From positions 1,819-65,818 of the forward strand of contig JAFVHN010000036.1 of the NCBI GenBank assembly GCA_017474515.1: a stretch of 64,000 bases of DNA, written 5' to 3'. The stretch comes from Prevotella sp. Lineage in GTDB: Bacteria; Bacteroidota; Bacteroidia; Bacteroidales; Bacteroidaceae. The notes under the pieces were generated by a model. The model worked only from the letters and a program-made list of their open reading frames with translations, was not told the DNA's origin and searched no databases. This document shows positions 38,706-48,019 of this stretch, in pieces. The position numbers were made by a program, and so were the translations under genes. Position 1 is the stretch's first letter, and each line of letters begins with the position of its first letter.

Positions 38706-39311
38706 ATGTTTTCTGGAATTATAGAGGAATTTGCCATCGTGGAAGCCATTCGCCACGATAAGGAAAACATCCATTTCACCCTTAGTTGTTCTTTTGCCCA
38801 TGAGCTCGGCATCGACCAGAGCGTGTCGCACAACGGCGTGTGCCTTACCGTAGTGGAACAGGAAGGCAACCGCTACACCGTGACGGCCATGCAGGAAACA
38901 CTGAAAAGAAGCAATTTGGGATTGTTGAAAATTGGCGACAAAGTGAACGTGGAGCGCTCGATGCTGATGAACGGCCGCCTCGACGGACATATCGTTCAGG
39001 GCCATGTCGATATGACGGCGCGATGCACGGCGGTGGAAGATGCCGATGGAAGCAAATACTTCACGTTTAAATATGACTTCGACCGCGAAATGGCCCGAAG
39101 GGGATATTTCACGGTCGATAAGGGAAGTGTGACAGTAAACGGCGTGTCGCTGACGGTGTGCGAACCAACGGACGACACCTTCAAGGTGGCCATCATTCCC
39201 TACACCCTGGAGCACACCAATTTCTGCGACATTGAAGTAGGCTCAGTGGTGAATCTGGAGTTTGACATTCTTGGCAAATATATTGCGAGACTGCAGAATG
39301 CATTTTTGTGA
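38706..39311 (+). CDS. ribE: Riboflavin synthase (alpha chain)
   Basis: MFSGIIEE start, NGVCLTV, GHIVQGHVD, KGSVTVNGVSLTV and VNLEFD. Confidence 0.96.
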   Translation: MFSGIIEEFAIVEAIRHDKENIHFTLSCSFAHELGIDQSVSHNGVCLTVVEQEGNRYTVTAMQETLKRSNLGLLKIGDKVNVERSMLMNGRLDGHIVQGHVDMTARCTAVEDADGSKYFTFKYDFDREMARRGYFTVDKGSVTVNGVSLTVCEPTDDTFKVAIIPYTLEHTNFCDIEVGSVVNLEFDILGKYIARLQNAFL

Positions 39312-39325
39312 CAAAAATGCATTCT
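39295..39325. terminator. Perfect 15-bp palindrome over the ribE stop codon (possible terminator or processing stem)
   Basis: AGAATGCATTTTTGT-G-ACAAAAATGCATTCT. Confidence 0.5.
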
Positions 39326-39327
39326 TC

Positions 39328-39437
39328 AGTTATTAGTTATGAGTTGTGAATTATGATTTACGGCGGCAGCCTTTTTCAACTTTTCAATTTTACACCTTTT
39401 GATTTTTAAATGGCGCAGCCTTTTTCATTTTTCAACT
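39328..39437. repeat. Mixed heptamer arrays with GGCGGCAGCC cores
   Basis: AGTTATT/AGTTATG/AGTTGTG/AATTATG units, GGCGGCAGCC, TTTTCAA-type units, then a second core GGCGCAGCC. Confidence 0.65.
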
Positions 39438-40076
39438 ATTAAATAGGTCGGCGGGCGAGGAAACGAACTCGGTGGCGCCGTGCTTTTCGAGCAGTTCTTT
39501 TGAACGGAATCCCCAGAGCACGCTGATGCAGGGCAGTCCGCTGTTGGCCGCCGTGGCGATGTCAACCTCGCTGTCGCCGACATACACCGCGCCCTCCTTT
39601 CCCACTCCGAGCTGGCGCAGCGCTTCTTCCACGGTGTCGGGAGCCGGCTTTTTCCTGATGCCTTCGCGTTCTCCGATGCTCACCTCCACCAGTTCCCCGA
39701 AGAAATGGCAGCACAGGGCCTGGGTGGATTTATAGTATTTGTTGCTCACAACGGCAATCCTGCACCCCCTCTTTTTTAATGCTTCGAGCATGGCGACAAT
39801 GCCCTCGTAAGGTGCCGTGCGGTCCATGTTGTGAACGCTGTAATGGCGGAGGAACTCTTCGTAAGCCCTTTCGTAATCAGGATTTGAAAGGCCTCCGGGC
39901 ACTGCCCTTTCAATCAGTTTTCTTATTCCGTTGCCCACAAACGCCCTCACTTCCTCCATGGTGTGCTGCGGCATTCCCATCTTGCTCATGACGTAATTTG
40001 TTGACGCCGTGAGGTCTTCGAGCGTGTCGAGAAGGGTGCCGTCAAGGTCGAAAATATAAGTGGTATATTGCTTCAT
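39432..40076 (-). CDS. HAD-family hydrolase (phosphoglycolate phosphatase-like)
   Basis: FDLDGTLLDT, VSNK, KPAPD and YVGDSEVD. Confidence 0.93.
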   Translation of the reverse strand: MKQYTTYIFDLDGTLLDTLEDLTASTNYVMSKMGMPQHTMEEVRAFVGNGIRKLIERAVPGGLSNPDYERAYEEFLRHYSVHNMDRTAPYEGIVAMLEALKKRGCRIAVVSNKYYKSTQALCCHFFGELVEVSIGEREGIRKKPAPDTVEEALRQLGVGKEGAVYVGDSEVDIATAANSGLPCISVLWGFRSKELLEKHGATEFVSSPADLFNS

Positions 40077-40636
40077 TATTCCAAATGCTTGATAACCTTG
40101 CAGGGATTGCCCACGGCAACACTGTTAGGCGGAATGTCGCCAGCCACCACCGATCCTGCCCCGATGGTGACATTGTCGCCGATGGTCACTCCGGGCAGGA
40201 TGGTCACACTGCCGCCAATCCACACATTGTGGCCGATGTTGACGGGGCGTGCCCATTCCCTGCGTGAGTTACGCTCTTCGGGGTCGGTACTGTGGCATGC
40301 AGTATAGATGCTCACATTTGGCCCTATGAAACAATTATCGCCAATGGTCACCCGCGCCTCGTCGAGAACGGTAAAGTTGAAGTTGGCAAAGAACCGTTTG
40401 CCAACGCTTATCTGCTTGCCATAGTCGCAATAGAAGGGCTGCACGATGATAATTTCGTCGTCGGCAATATTTCCAAGCAGTTGCTGTAATATCATGAGCT
40501 TGCCTGCTGAGTCGGAAGGGCGCAGAGCATTATAGTCGTGAATGATTTCACGCACCTCAGCGAGTTCTCTCAGCAGCTGTCCATCAACGGCAGAATAGAC
40601 TTTGCCGGCAAGCATTTTCTCTTTTTCAGACAACAT
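40076..40636 (-). CDS. Sugar O-acetyltransferase (maltose acetyltransferase-like)
   Basis: EKEKMLAG, PFYCDYG, hexapeptide repeats and VAVGNPCKVIK. Confidence 0.93.
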   Translation of the reverse strand: MLSEKEKMLAGKVYSAVDGQLLRELAEVREIIHDYNALRPSDSAGKLMILQQLLGNIADDEIIIVQPFYCDYGKQISVGKRFFANFNFTVLDEARVTIGDNCFIGPNVSIYTACHSTDPEERNSRREWARPVNIGHNVWIGGSVTILPGVTIGDNVTIGAGSVVAGDIPPNSVAVGNPCKVIKHLE

Positions 40637-40688
40637 AATACGCTACAAAAACAAATAAAGTTAGGTTATGAGGTGAAATGATATTTTA

Positions 40689-40743
40689 AGTTATGAGTTA
40701 TGAATTATGGCGGCGGGAAACACATAAATCATAACTCACAACT
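40689..40743. repeat. Inverted heptamer arrays (AGTTATG / CATAACT) around a GGCGGC core
   Basis: AGTTATGAGTTATGAATTATG pairs with CATAAATCATAACTCACAACT. Confidence 0.8.
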
Positions 40744-40767
40744 CATACTTAAAAAGAGTTCACTCTT

Positions 40768-42921
40768 TTACAGTCCCCTGGCTTTCAGCAATGTAGAAGC
40801 GTCGGGCGAGGACATTCCAGTGAAGTCGCTGAACATCTCCAGTCCGTCGCGCGTGTTGCCTCGTGAAAGGATTTTGTTTCTGAAATCAAGGCCCACTTCG
40901 GGTTTGAGGGCACCCCTTCGTGCGAAGCAGTCGGCGATGTTGACCGCAAGGACTTCCGTCCACAGGTAACTGTAGTAACCGGCCGCATAACCTCCGCCCC
41001 ACACATGGTTAAAAAACGAAGTGGAATAACGGGGAGGGATTTGCACATTGAGCACATTGAAGCCCTTCAGCGCCTCGGTTTCAAACGCTTGCGCCTTGTC
41101 GGCCGTCGGCACTTGTTCTTCGCTGAGGCTGTGCCAAGCCATATCAAGGCATGTGGCGGCAAGGTTTTCACCCAGGGCGTAGGCAGAATGGAAGTTGATG
41201 CTTCCCAGCATCTTTTCTTTCAGAGCGGCAGGCATCGGCTCATGCGTCACCGTGTGACGGGCGTAATGGTCGAAGATTTCGGGAATAGAGGCAAACGACT
41301 CGTTGAACTGTGAGGGCATCTCCACGAAGTCGCGGGCCACAGCAGTGCCGCTCAGGGTGTTGTATTTGCAGTTGCTCAGCATGCCATGCAGGGCGTGTCC
41401 GAACTCATGGAACATGGTTGTCACCTCGTCCCATGTCAGCAGTGTGGGCTGTCCGTCGGGCGTCTTGGCACTGTTGCAGACATTATAAATGACCGGTTTG
41501 AACCCCCTGAAGCTGCTCTGCTTGACGAAGGCGCTCATCCAAGCCCCGCCGCGCTTGGTGGGCCTGCGGAAATAGTCGCTGTAGAAGAGTGCCAGCGAAT
41601 TGCCGTCGCGGTCGAACACCTCAAACACTTTCACATCTGGATGATACACGGGGATGTCAAAACGGCGCTTGAAGGTAAGGCCATACACACGATTGGCGGC
41701 ATAGAACACGCCGTTCACCTGCACGCTATCGATATTGAAATAGGGCTTCACGTCGTCGTCAGAGATGTTGAGCATCTCGCTCTTCATCTTTGAAGAGAAG
41801 TAGAAGCGGTCGTAGGGCTGCAACTGGAACGATGCCCCCATGGTCTTGCGAGCGTAGGCTTCAATGGCTTTCGTTTCTTCATCGGCCTTGGGGGAATAGG
41901 CGTCGATGAGCTGCGAGAGGAAGGCGCGCACGTTGTCGGTATTCTTGGCCATGGTTTTTTCCAAGGAATACGACGCATAATTCTTATAGCCCATGATGGC
42001 GGCTTTCTCCGCCCTCAGTTTTGCCATTTCCGCCACTATGGGGAAGGTGTTGTGGCCCCTGGTGCCGTCGGCCCGGTGTATGGACGCTTCATACACGCGC
42101 CGGCGCAAGTCGCGGTTGTCGAGGCTGGCCAGCAGCGGCTGCTGGGTGGTGTTGATGATGACGATGCAATAAGGCGCCTTGCCGCCGCGGCTCTCAGCGT
42201 CTTTCCGGCACTGCGCGATGTCGGCCTCGCTCAGCCCGGCCAATTCATCCACGTTGTCCACCCATACCACGGCATCGTTGGTGGCTGCCGGCAACTGGGT
42301 GCCCCATTGCTGTTGCAAATCAGAGATGCGCAGGTTGATTTCCTTCATGCGGGCCATTTTCTCTTCCGAAAGCAACGCCCCGTCCCTGACGAACTGCTTG
42401 TAGATTTCCTCCGTCAGTTTCTTGTCTTCACCTTTCAGCGAAGGCAACTCATGGTCATACACATATTTAATTCTTTGAAACAGTGGCTTGTTGAACGCTA
42501 TCTCGTTCTCCAATTCCGTGAGCAGCGGTGTCACTTTTTTCTCGGTGTCGGCAATCTCTGGGGTTTTGTCAGCACTGCAAAGGGCAAAGAAGACATTGGT
42601 GATGCAGTCGAGCAACACGCCGCTTTTCTCGAAAGCGAGCACGGTGTTCTCGAAAGTCGCCTTTTGCTTGTTGTCAACAATGCGTTTCACTTCCTCGCGT
42701 TTTTGCGCAATGGCCTCCTGCATGGCAGGCAGGTAGTCGGAAGGAAGGATGGCGCTGAAATCGGGAGCGTGGAAAGGCAACTGGCTGATTTTCAGCAAGG
42801 GGTTTTCACGCTGCGGGGCGGCAGAAGCTGCCGACTGCCCGTCGTTATCATACGGTGCGGCAACGGCCTGCATCACAAACGAGGCGAGGCCGATGGCGAT
42901 AAGTTTTTTTGAGAAAAGCAT
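40768..42921 (-). CDS. dcp: M3 family metallopeptidase (peptidyl-dipeptidase Dcp-like), secreted
   Basis: Signal peptide, NPLL, KRGGAWM, FHEFGHALH, DFVEMPSQ and YAAGYYSYLW. Confidence 0.92.
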   Translation of the reverse strand: MLFSKKLIAIGLASFVMQAVAAPYDNDGQSAASAAPQRENPLLKISQLPFHAPDFSAILPSDYLPAMQEAIAQKREEVKRIVDNKQKATFENTVLAFEKSGVLLDCITNVFFALCSADKTPEIADTEKKVTPLLTELENEIAFNKPLFQRIKYVYDHELPSLKGEDKKLTEEIYKQFVRDGALLSEEKMARMKEINLRISDLQQQWGTQLPAATNDAVVWVDNVDELAGLSEADIAQCRKDAESRGGKAPYCIVIINTTQQPLLASLDNRDLRRRVYEASIHRADGTRGHNTFPIVAEMAKLRAEKAAIMGYKNYASYSLEKTMAKNTDNVRAFLSQLIDAYSPKADEETKAIEAYARKTMGASFQLQPYDRFYFSSKMKSEMLNISDDDVKPYFNIDSVQVNGVFYAANRVYGLTFKRRFDIPVYHPDVKVFEVFDRDGNSLALFYSDYFRRPTKRGGAWMSAFVKQSSFRGFKPVIYNVCNSAKTPDGQPTLLTWDEVTTMFHEFGHALHGMLSNCKYNTLSGTAVARDFVEMPSQFNESFASIPEIFDHYARHTVTHEPMPAALKEKMLGSINFHSAYALGENLAATCLDMAWHSLSEEQVPTADKAQAFETEALKGFNVLNVQIPPRYSTSFFNHVWGGGYAAGYYSYLWTEVLAVNIADCFARRGALKPEVGLDFRNKILSRGNTRDGLEMFSDFTGMSSPDASTLLKARGL

Positions 42922-42975
42922 AATATTTTAAGGTGCTAAAAAGCTATTTAGTTATGAATTCTTAGTTATATAGGT

Positions 42976-43008
42976 AGTTCAGGAGTTCGGAAGTTCAGGA
43001 GTTCAGAC
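42976..43008 (+). repeat. Octamer (GGAGTTCA) array
   Basis: AGTTCAGGAGTTCGGAAGTTCAGGAGTTCAGAC. Confidence 0.8.
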
Positions 43009-43018
43009 ATCACTGGAA

Positions 43019-43098
43019 GCCCACCCCCAGCCCCTCCCGAAAGAAGGGGAGCCTTTTGGCCGTACGTCTTCCCCCCAAGGGGGGATTAGAGGGGGCTT
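43019..43098 (-). repeat. REP-like GC-rich double-hairpin element, copy B
   Basis: Reverse complement shares GGGGGGAAGACGTACG and CGGGAGGGGC with copy A. Confidence 0.8.
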
Positions 43099-43100
43099 TA

Positions 43101-43136
43101 TTCTTTATTCTTCACTCTTCACTCTTCACTCTCACT
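43101..43136 (-). repeat. Heptamer array (TTCACTC)n
   Basis: TTCTTTATTCTTCACTCTTCACTCTTCACTCTCACT, the reverse complement of the unit at 26426. Confidence 0.75.
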
Positions 43137-43152
43137 TAAAAGATGGCTTCCC

Positions 43153-44037
43153 TTACACGATTATTCGTGTTTTCTGATAAGTTTCGCGGAACTCAGAGGG
43201 TGCGCACCCCTTCTTCCGTTTGAATATGCGATTGAAGTTGCTGAGGTTGTTAAACCCGCACTCGAAGCTGATTTCCGATATGCTCCTGTTGGTGTCCACC
43301 AGCTTTCGTGCGGCATAACCCAGCCTGATGTCGATGATATAGTCCGACAGGTTGCGCCCGGTATGCAATTTGAAGAACCGGCTGAAGGCACTGGCGCTCA
43401 TGCCGGCCAGCTCAGCCAGTTGCGGCAACCTCAACTCGTCCATGTAGTTCTTATAGATGTAGTTCTTCACCTTCAGTATTCTCCTGGAGTCGTCCTCCAC
43501 CGCTATTTTGGCGTATGAGGAGGTGGCCAGCGTCCTCGCCCCCGGGCACAGCGACAGCTCATAGAGGATGTTGAGGAAACGCATGACGGCATAGAATCGG
43601 TCTTCTATCTTGCTCAGCACGTCGATGTCGTTATGCACGCGCATAATGGCCTCCAGGGGGAAGCTCAGGCCCTTGCGCGCCTCGTTCATCATTTTGCGGA
43701 TGCTGATGAAGGGTGTGCGCGCCAGCAGAGAGTCCTCGCCGAAGTTCAGGTCGAATTGTATGGTCACCTCACGGATGTCCTCGCTCTTGCAAGTGTTCTG
43801 CTCCCACACATGCTCAAGGTCGGGGCTGGTGATGAGCACAAGGTCGTATTCGCCGATAATCTCGCTGCTGTCGCCCACTATTCGTCTCACGCCGGCGGCA
43901 TGCTCCACGAAGTTCAGTTCATAGACCTCGTGGTTGTGGATGGGATAGGTGAACTCCTTCTTATGCCTGTCGGCGATATAGAGCACATCTTTTCCCATCA
44001 AGGGCGTTATCTCATGAATGACACGTCGTTCTTCCAT
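43153..44037 (-). CDS. AraC family transcriptional regulator
   Basis: N-terminal cupin (PIHNHEVYEL) and C-terminal AraC HTH (FSRFFK...CGFNNLSNFNRIFK). Confidence 0.94.
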   Translation of the reverse strand: MEERRVIHEITPLMGKDVLYIADRHKKEFTYPIHNHEVYELNFVEHAAGVRRIVGDSSEIIGEYDLVLITSPDLEHVWEQNTCKSEDIREVTIQFDLNFGEDSLLARTPFISIRKMMNEARKGLSFPLEAIMRVHNDIDVLSKIEDRFYAVMRFLNILYELSLCPGARTLATSSYAKIAVEDDSRRILKVKNYIYKNYMDELRLPQLAELAGMSASAFSRFFKLHTGRNLSDYIIDIRLGYAARKLVDTNRSISEISFECGFNNLSNFNRIFKRKKGCAPSEFRETYQKTRIIV

Positions 44038-44055
44038 AGTTCTTTTTACAAAGGG

Positions 44056-44943
44056 CTACACTTTCAATTCCTTCAGAAGTTCCGAAATGCGCTGAAGTGT
44101 GGTCAGCCGCGTGGGCACCAGGGGCAGTCGCAACACATTGTCGATGAACCCCATTTCGTGGAGCACGGCCTTCACACCGGCAGGGTTGCCGTCAACGAAG
44201 AGCAAGCTGAACAGGTCGGTGAAGCGGTGGTGGATTTTCAGGGCTCCCTCAAACTCGCCGCGCTTCTCCAGGCGAATCATCTTCGAGAACTCGCGCGGCA
44301 GGGCGTTGCCGATGACAGAGATGGCACCCACCGCGCCGCAAGCCACCATCGGATAAGTAAGGGCGTCGTCGCCGCTGATCACGTCGAAGTCGGCAGGCTT
44401 GTTCTTGATGATTTCATCCACCTGCTCCAGGTTGCCGCTGGCCTCCTTGATGGCCACAATGTTCTCGCAATCGCGGGCCAGGCGCACCGTGGTTTCCGCC
44501 TTCAGGTTCACGCCCGTCCTGCCGGGCACATTGTAGAGCACCACGGGCAGGCGCGTGGCCTGGGCAATGGCCTTGAAATGCTGGTACAGGCCCTCTTGCG
44601 ACGGCTTGTTATAATAGGGGCAAACGCTCAGTATGCCGTCAATGCCGTGGAAGTCGCCCGTCTTCAACTCTTCCACCACCGCCGAAGTGTTGTTGCCGCC
44701 GCAGCCCATCAGTATGGGCACGCGCCCGCCGGCCAGGTCCACCACCATCGTCCTGATGTCGCGGCGCTCCTCGGCCGAGAGGGTCGGCGTTTCGCCCGTC
44801 GTGGCCAGGATGCAGAGAAAGTCGGCGCCGTTGTCCAGCTGATAGGTCACCAAACGCTTCAGCGACATATAGTCAACAGCGCCCTCTGCGGTGAAAGGGG
44901 TTACAAGTGCTACGCCTAATCCTTTGAAAATATTGTGTGCCAT
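44056..44943 (-). CDS. dapA: 4-hydroxy-tetrahydrodipicolinate synthase
   Basis: ALVTPF, ATTGE, PYYNKP, YNVPGRT and Schiff-base IKEASG. TACCTTTG promoter at 44981-44988. Confidence 0.96.
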   Translation of the reverse strand: MAHNIFKGLGVALVTPFTAEGAVDYMSLKRLVTYQLDNGADFLCILATTGETPTLSAEERRDIRTMVVDLAGGRVPILMGCGGNNTSAVVEELKTGDFHGIDGILSVCPYYNKPSQEGLYQHFKAIAQATRLPVVLYNVPGRTGVNLKAETTVRLARDCENIVAIKEASGNLEQVDEIIKNKPADFDVISGDDALTYPMVACGAVGAISVIGNALPREFSKMIRLEKRGEFEGALKIHHRFTDLFSLLFVDGNPAGVKAVLHEMGFIDNVLRLPLVPTRLTTLQRISELLKELKV

Positions 44944-45268
44944 AATAGGGAATGCAAATTGTGTGTCGTTAAATCGTTTGCAAAGGTACACAAAATAATC
45001 GACATAGAGAAAAATGAGGTCACTTATTTGTACAATTAAAATGAACTTTGCCGCCCCTCGTTCTTCTCAAAATTCTTCAAGAACGATACAGGCATGGTCC
45101 CCGGGAGAGTTTCTTAGAACCCTTGCAGGGGCTCAACAGGTTTTATCATCTATTGTTCCCATCATGCCACATATGACACAATTTGGGAACAACAAGCCCA
45201 CTGACAATTCGCATAACTGCTGAAAGTCAATGGGTTGCTTGTGCTGTTATCAATCTTGAAAAGATGAA

Positions 45269-46015
45269 TTACTTTATTATTCTTGCAAGCATCTCAGACT
45301 TGAATGCAACAATATCACTTGCTCCAATATGTTTCTTGTGTATTACACGATGGCAGTTAGGGCAAACAGGAAGTAGATTTTGAAGAGCATTTGCAACTGT
45401 TTGTTCGAATGAAACACCCTCGTATAAGAATATGGGTTTAATATGATGGATCTCAATGCAATCTACCCCATAATTTGGACCGTAGAATGAATGAAAATTA
45501 AATCCACAACAATCACAACTTATAACTTTGTTATGCGTAAAATTCTCAATCGCTATCATCCTTAAACGCGAAGACCTTTCGTGGGTCTGTACACATCTTG
45601 TTATAGTCTTCCCCTCTGAAATAATTTCTTCTAATGGCAATACGGAAGGCCTAATTGAAATTTCTTCAAGAGCACTTTTAACATCATCATAATTAAAATC
45701 GTCAGTCATAAGATAGTCAATTGCATCTTTGTGTTCCTTAACATAGGCAGCTCCTGCTGTGGTTAGTCTAAACCCATCTTCATAGTTTGATGCAAAATCT
45801 CTTTTAACAAGAGTATCATGACTCTTTAGATTTCTAACTTTTTGTGAGAAATATGTATCAGTTCTACCAGCAAGTATTTCTGCATCCATGCCAGTTGGAC
45901 GCATTATTTGAGTTAATTTTGATATCAACTCACTTGTAGTGATAATTCCATCTTTGGACTTATACATCAAGTATAGAGCTGGCAACACTAATTGACTTTC
46001 TGTAATTCTTGCCAT
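45269..46015 (-). CDS. HNH endonuclease with an N-terminal winged-helix-like domain
   Basis: C-terminal CDCC...EIHHIKP...NLLPVCPNCHRVIH. The N-terminus resembles an Mrr_N-type wHTH (LPAL...FSQKVRNL...FRLTTAG). Confidence 0.8.
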   Translation of the reverse strand: MARITESQLVLPALYLMYKSKDGIITTSELISKLTQIMRPTGMDAEILAGRTDTYFSQKVRNLKSHDTLVKRDFASNYEDGFRLTTAGAAYVKEHKDAIDYLMTDDFNYDDVKSALEEISIRPSVLPLEEIISEGKTITRCVQTHERSSRLRMIAIENFTHNKVISCDCCGFNFHSFYGPNYGVDCIEIHHIKPIFLYEGVSFEQTVANALQNLLPVCPNCHRVIHKKHIGASDIVAFKSEMLARIIK

Positions 46016-46017
46016 AA

Positions 46018-48012
46018 TCAATAATTTGTAATTAGCAGGTGAGTCACTTTCTTGTCATTTCTATTCATGAAACTAACAAGATATTCTTTGTCAAAAGATC
46101 TGATATTGACACCTTCCCTATTATAGAGACCATATATAAAGTCGGTGTTCTTTATAATCATCATCCACTTGGCGTGGCACTCATTAATCATGTAGTTAGC
46201 AAGTCTCTCTTGGTCTTCCTTGGTGAAGGCCTTTTGTGCATAGGTACTAAACTCACTGTCATAAGGAGGATCCAAGAAAACGAAATCATCCTTTGTAGGG
46301 CTTGTTGTTCTAAGGAACTCCTCGAAATCAAGGTTATAAATCTTGGTGTCTTCGAAATGTTTCAGCAATGGCTTAGAACGATAATAGGTCAATTTCTTCG
46401 CCATCAGTTTACTATTGTAGGCTATCCCACCATAAGGGACATTAAATTCACCCTTACTACTATATCTGAACATGCCGCTATAAGCATAATTACGAATGAA
46501 AAGGAACAGAGCACAGTGCAATGTAGGAGCACTGTCCGCTATATTTTTGTCATTATAGAGATAACGATAGTTCATATAGACTGCACTCTTTATAGCAGTT
46601 TCTATGTTGTCCTCCAGGTCCTTTTCTGGAAGCAAATGTTTCTCTATCTCAAGTTCCCTCATACGTGACATTTTACGGAAAAGGTTTGTCTCCATTTCCT
46701 TCATGATGATTGATGGTAAAGAGGCTATTTCATTCCCTAATATAGCCAAAATTTCATCCTTCTTGCTTACGCAGAATTCGTGGACGAACTTCTTCAGTTC
46801 TTCCTTTGAAATTATTTCTTCTCTATATTCAAGATACTTTTCTACAAGAATACGATTGTCATTGAAGAACTTTACACAATTTTTCCATGACTCATCCATT
46901 AATTCTGCATACCAGAAAAAATTCTTATTAGTTGTTGCAATATTGTTGTATAAGGAAATGAGTTCGGATGAAAAGTCATTGATAAAGTATTCATTAGCAG
47001 TCATTGCCATGAACACAGAACCACCTCCAACAAAAGGTTCAAAATATCTCTTGAAAGAAGGGATATTTGGAAGAATATATTTCAGTTCTTTTTCCTTTCC
47101 TCCAGGCCATTTCAGAAGTGGTTGAAGTCCTGAGGCAGAATTTTGGACAACAATTGACAACTTTTGTTTAGAATGAAAAAAAGCATCCAATTCAAAAAGA
47201 GTCGTCTGGTAAGCAACACTTGATTCGCATACCTTCGTTGTATTCTCCTCATTTATTAAATTATACGTCTTTTGCATTTTCCTTTGCTTATCGTTTTTTG
47301 TCAAAGTGTCCTCTATTCGCTTTCTTGCAGCCATAAAGTAAGACTCATCAATTTCGACACCAATGAAACGTCTATCCAACTCCAATGCTGCCACCCCAGT
47401 AGAACCAACACCCATAAACGGATCAAAGACAATGTCGTCCTTATTAGATGCTATCTCAATCATTTTTTTGAGAATAGACACAGGTTTTTGGGCTGGATGT
47501 TTGGGGACTTTCAACCTCTCTGGTGGCATACATATCGGACTTTGAATAAAATTATGCATTTCTGCTTGTGAAATGAAATTCCACGTGTGTTTTTTATTCC
47601 AACATGTGAAAATCATTTCACAACTATTCAAAAAACCTGCTCTGAAAATCTTTGGCGCAGGGTTCGTCTTGTGCCATATCATAAAATTAGATGTGTCAAA
47701 CCTATGGTCAAGGCAATTGTACCACCTGCCCAATTGGTTATAAGAAGTAAAGATAAAAAGATTTCCTGTTGGCTTCAATATACGAATAAACTCATCAGCC
47801 CATTCCTCTGGATTGAAGTCAATCTTGTCCCATTCAGCCACGTCATTATTCATGGCAGACCGCCCTGGCAATGGTATATTACCAGTTGAATGCTGCCCCA
47901 AATTATATGGTGGGTCAGTTAGGATAAAGTCGATAGAATTATTAGGTATTTTCTTGATTATCTCTCTGCTATCGGCTCTCAATACACATTTACGCCAATT
48001 TGGGTCTTTCAT
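46018..48012 (-). CDS. Fused double DNA amino-methyltransferase (beta-class N6/N4 domain + Dam-like alpha-class domain)
   Basis: Domain 1: TDPPY, HPAQKP, DPFMGVGSTG. Domain 2: LKWPGGK, EPFVGGGSV, FNVPYG, FLDPPY. Confidence 0.9.
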   Translation of the reverse strand: MKDPNWRKCVLRADSREIIKKIPNNSIDFILTDPPYNLGQHSTGNIPLPGRSAMNNDVAEWDKIDFNPEEWADEFIRILKPTGNLFIFTSYNQLGRWYNCLDHRFDTSNFMIWHKTNPAPKIFRAGFLNSCEMIFTCWNKKHTWNFISQAEMHNFIQSPICMPPERLKVPKHPAQKPVSILKKMIEIASNKDDIVFDPFMGVGSTGVAALELDRRFIGVEIDESYFMAARKRIEDTLTKNDKQRKMQKTYNLINEENTTKVCESSVAYQTTLFELDAFFHSKQKLSIVVQNSASGLQPLLKWPGGKEKELKYILPNIPSFKRYFEPFVGGGSVFMAMTANEYFINDFSSELISLYNNIATTNKNFFWYAELMDESWKNCVKFFNDNRILVEKYLEYREEIISKEELKKFVHEFCVSKKDEILAILGNEIASLPSIIMKEMETNLFRKMSRMRELEIEKHLLPEKDLEDNIETAIKSAVYMNYRYLYNDKNIADSAPTLHCALFLFIRNYAYSGMFRYSSKGEFNVPYGGIAYNSKLMAKKLTYYRSKPLLKHFEDTKIYNLDFEEFLRTTSPTKDDFVFLDPPYDSEFSTYAQKAFTKEDQERLANYMINECHAKWMMIIKNTDFIYGLYNREGVNIRSFDKEYLVSFMNRNDKKVTHLLITNY

Positions 48013-48019
48013 TTACCTC

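Noticed and set aside
45050-45260. Structured RNA between dapA and the HNH gene
   Set aside because: Two modest hairpins, no consensus promoter and no recognisable family. More simply a terminator region for the RM operon.
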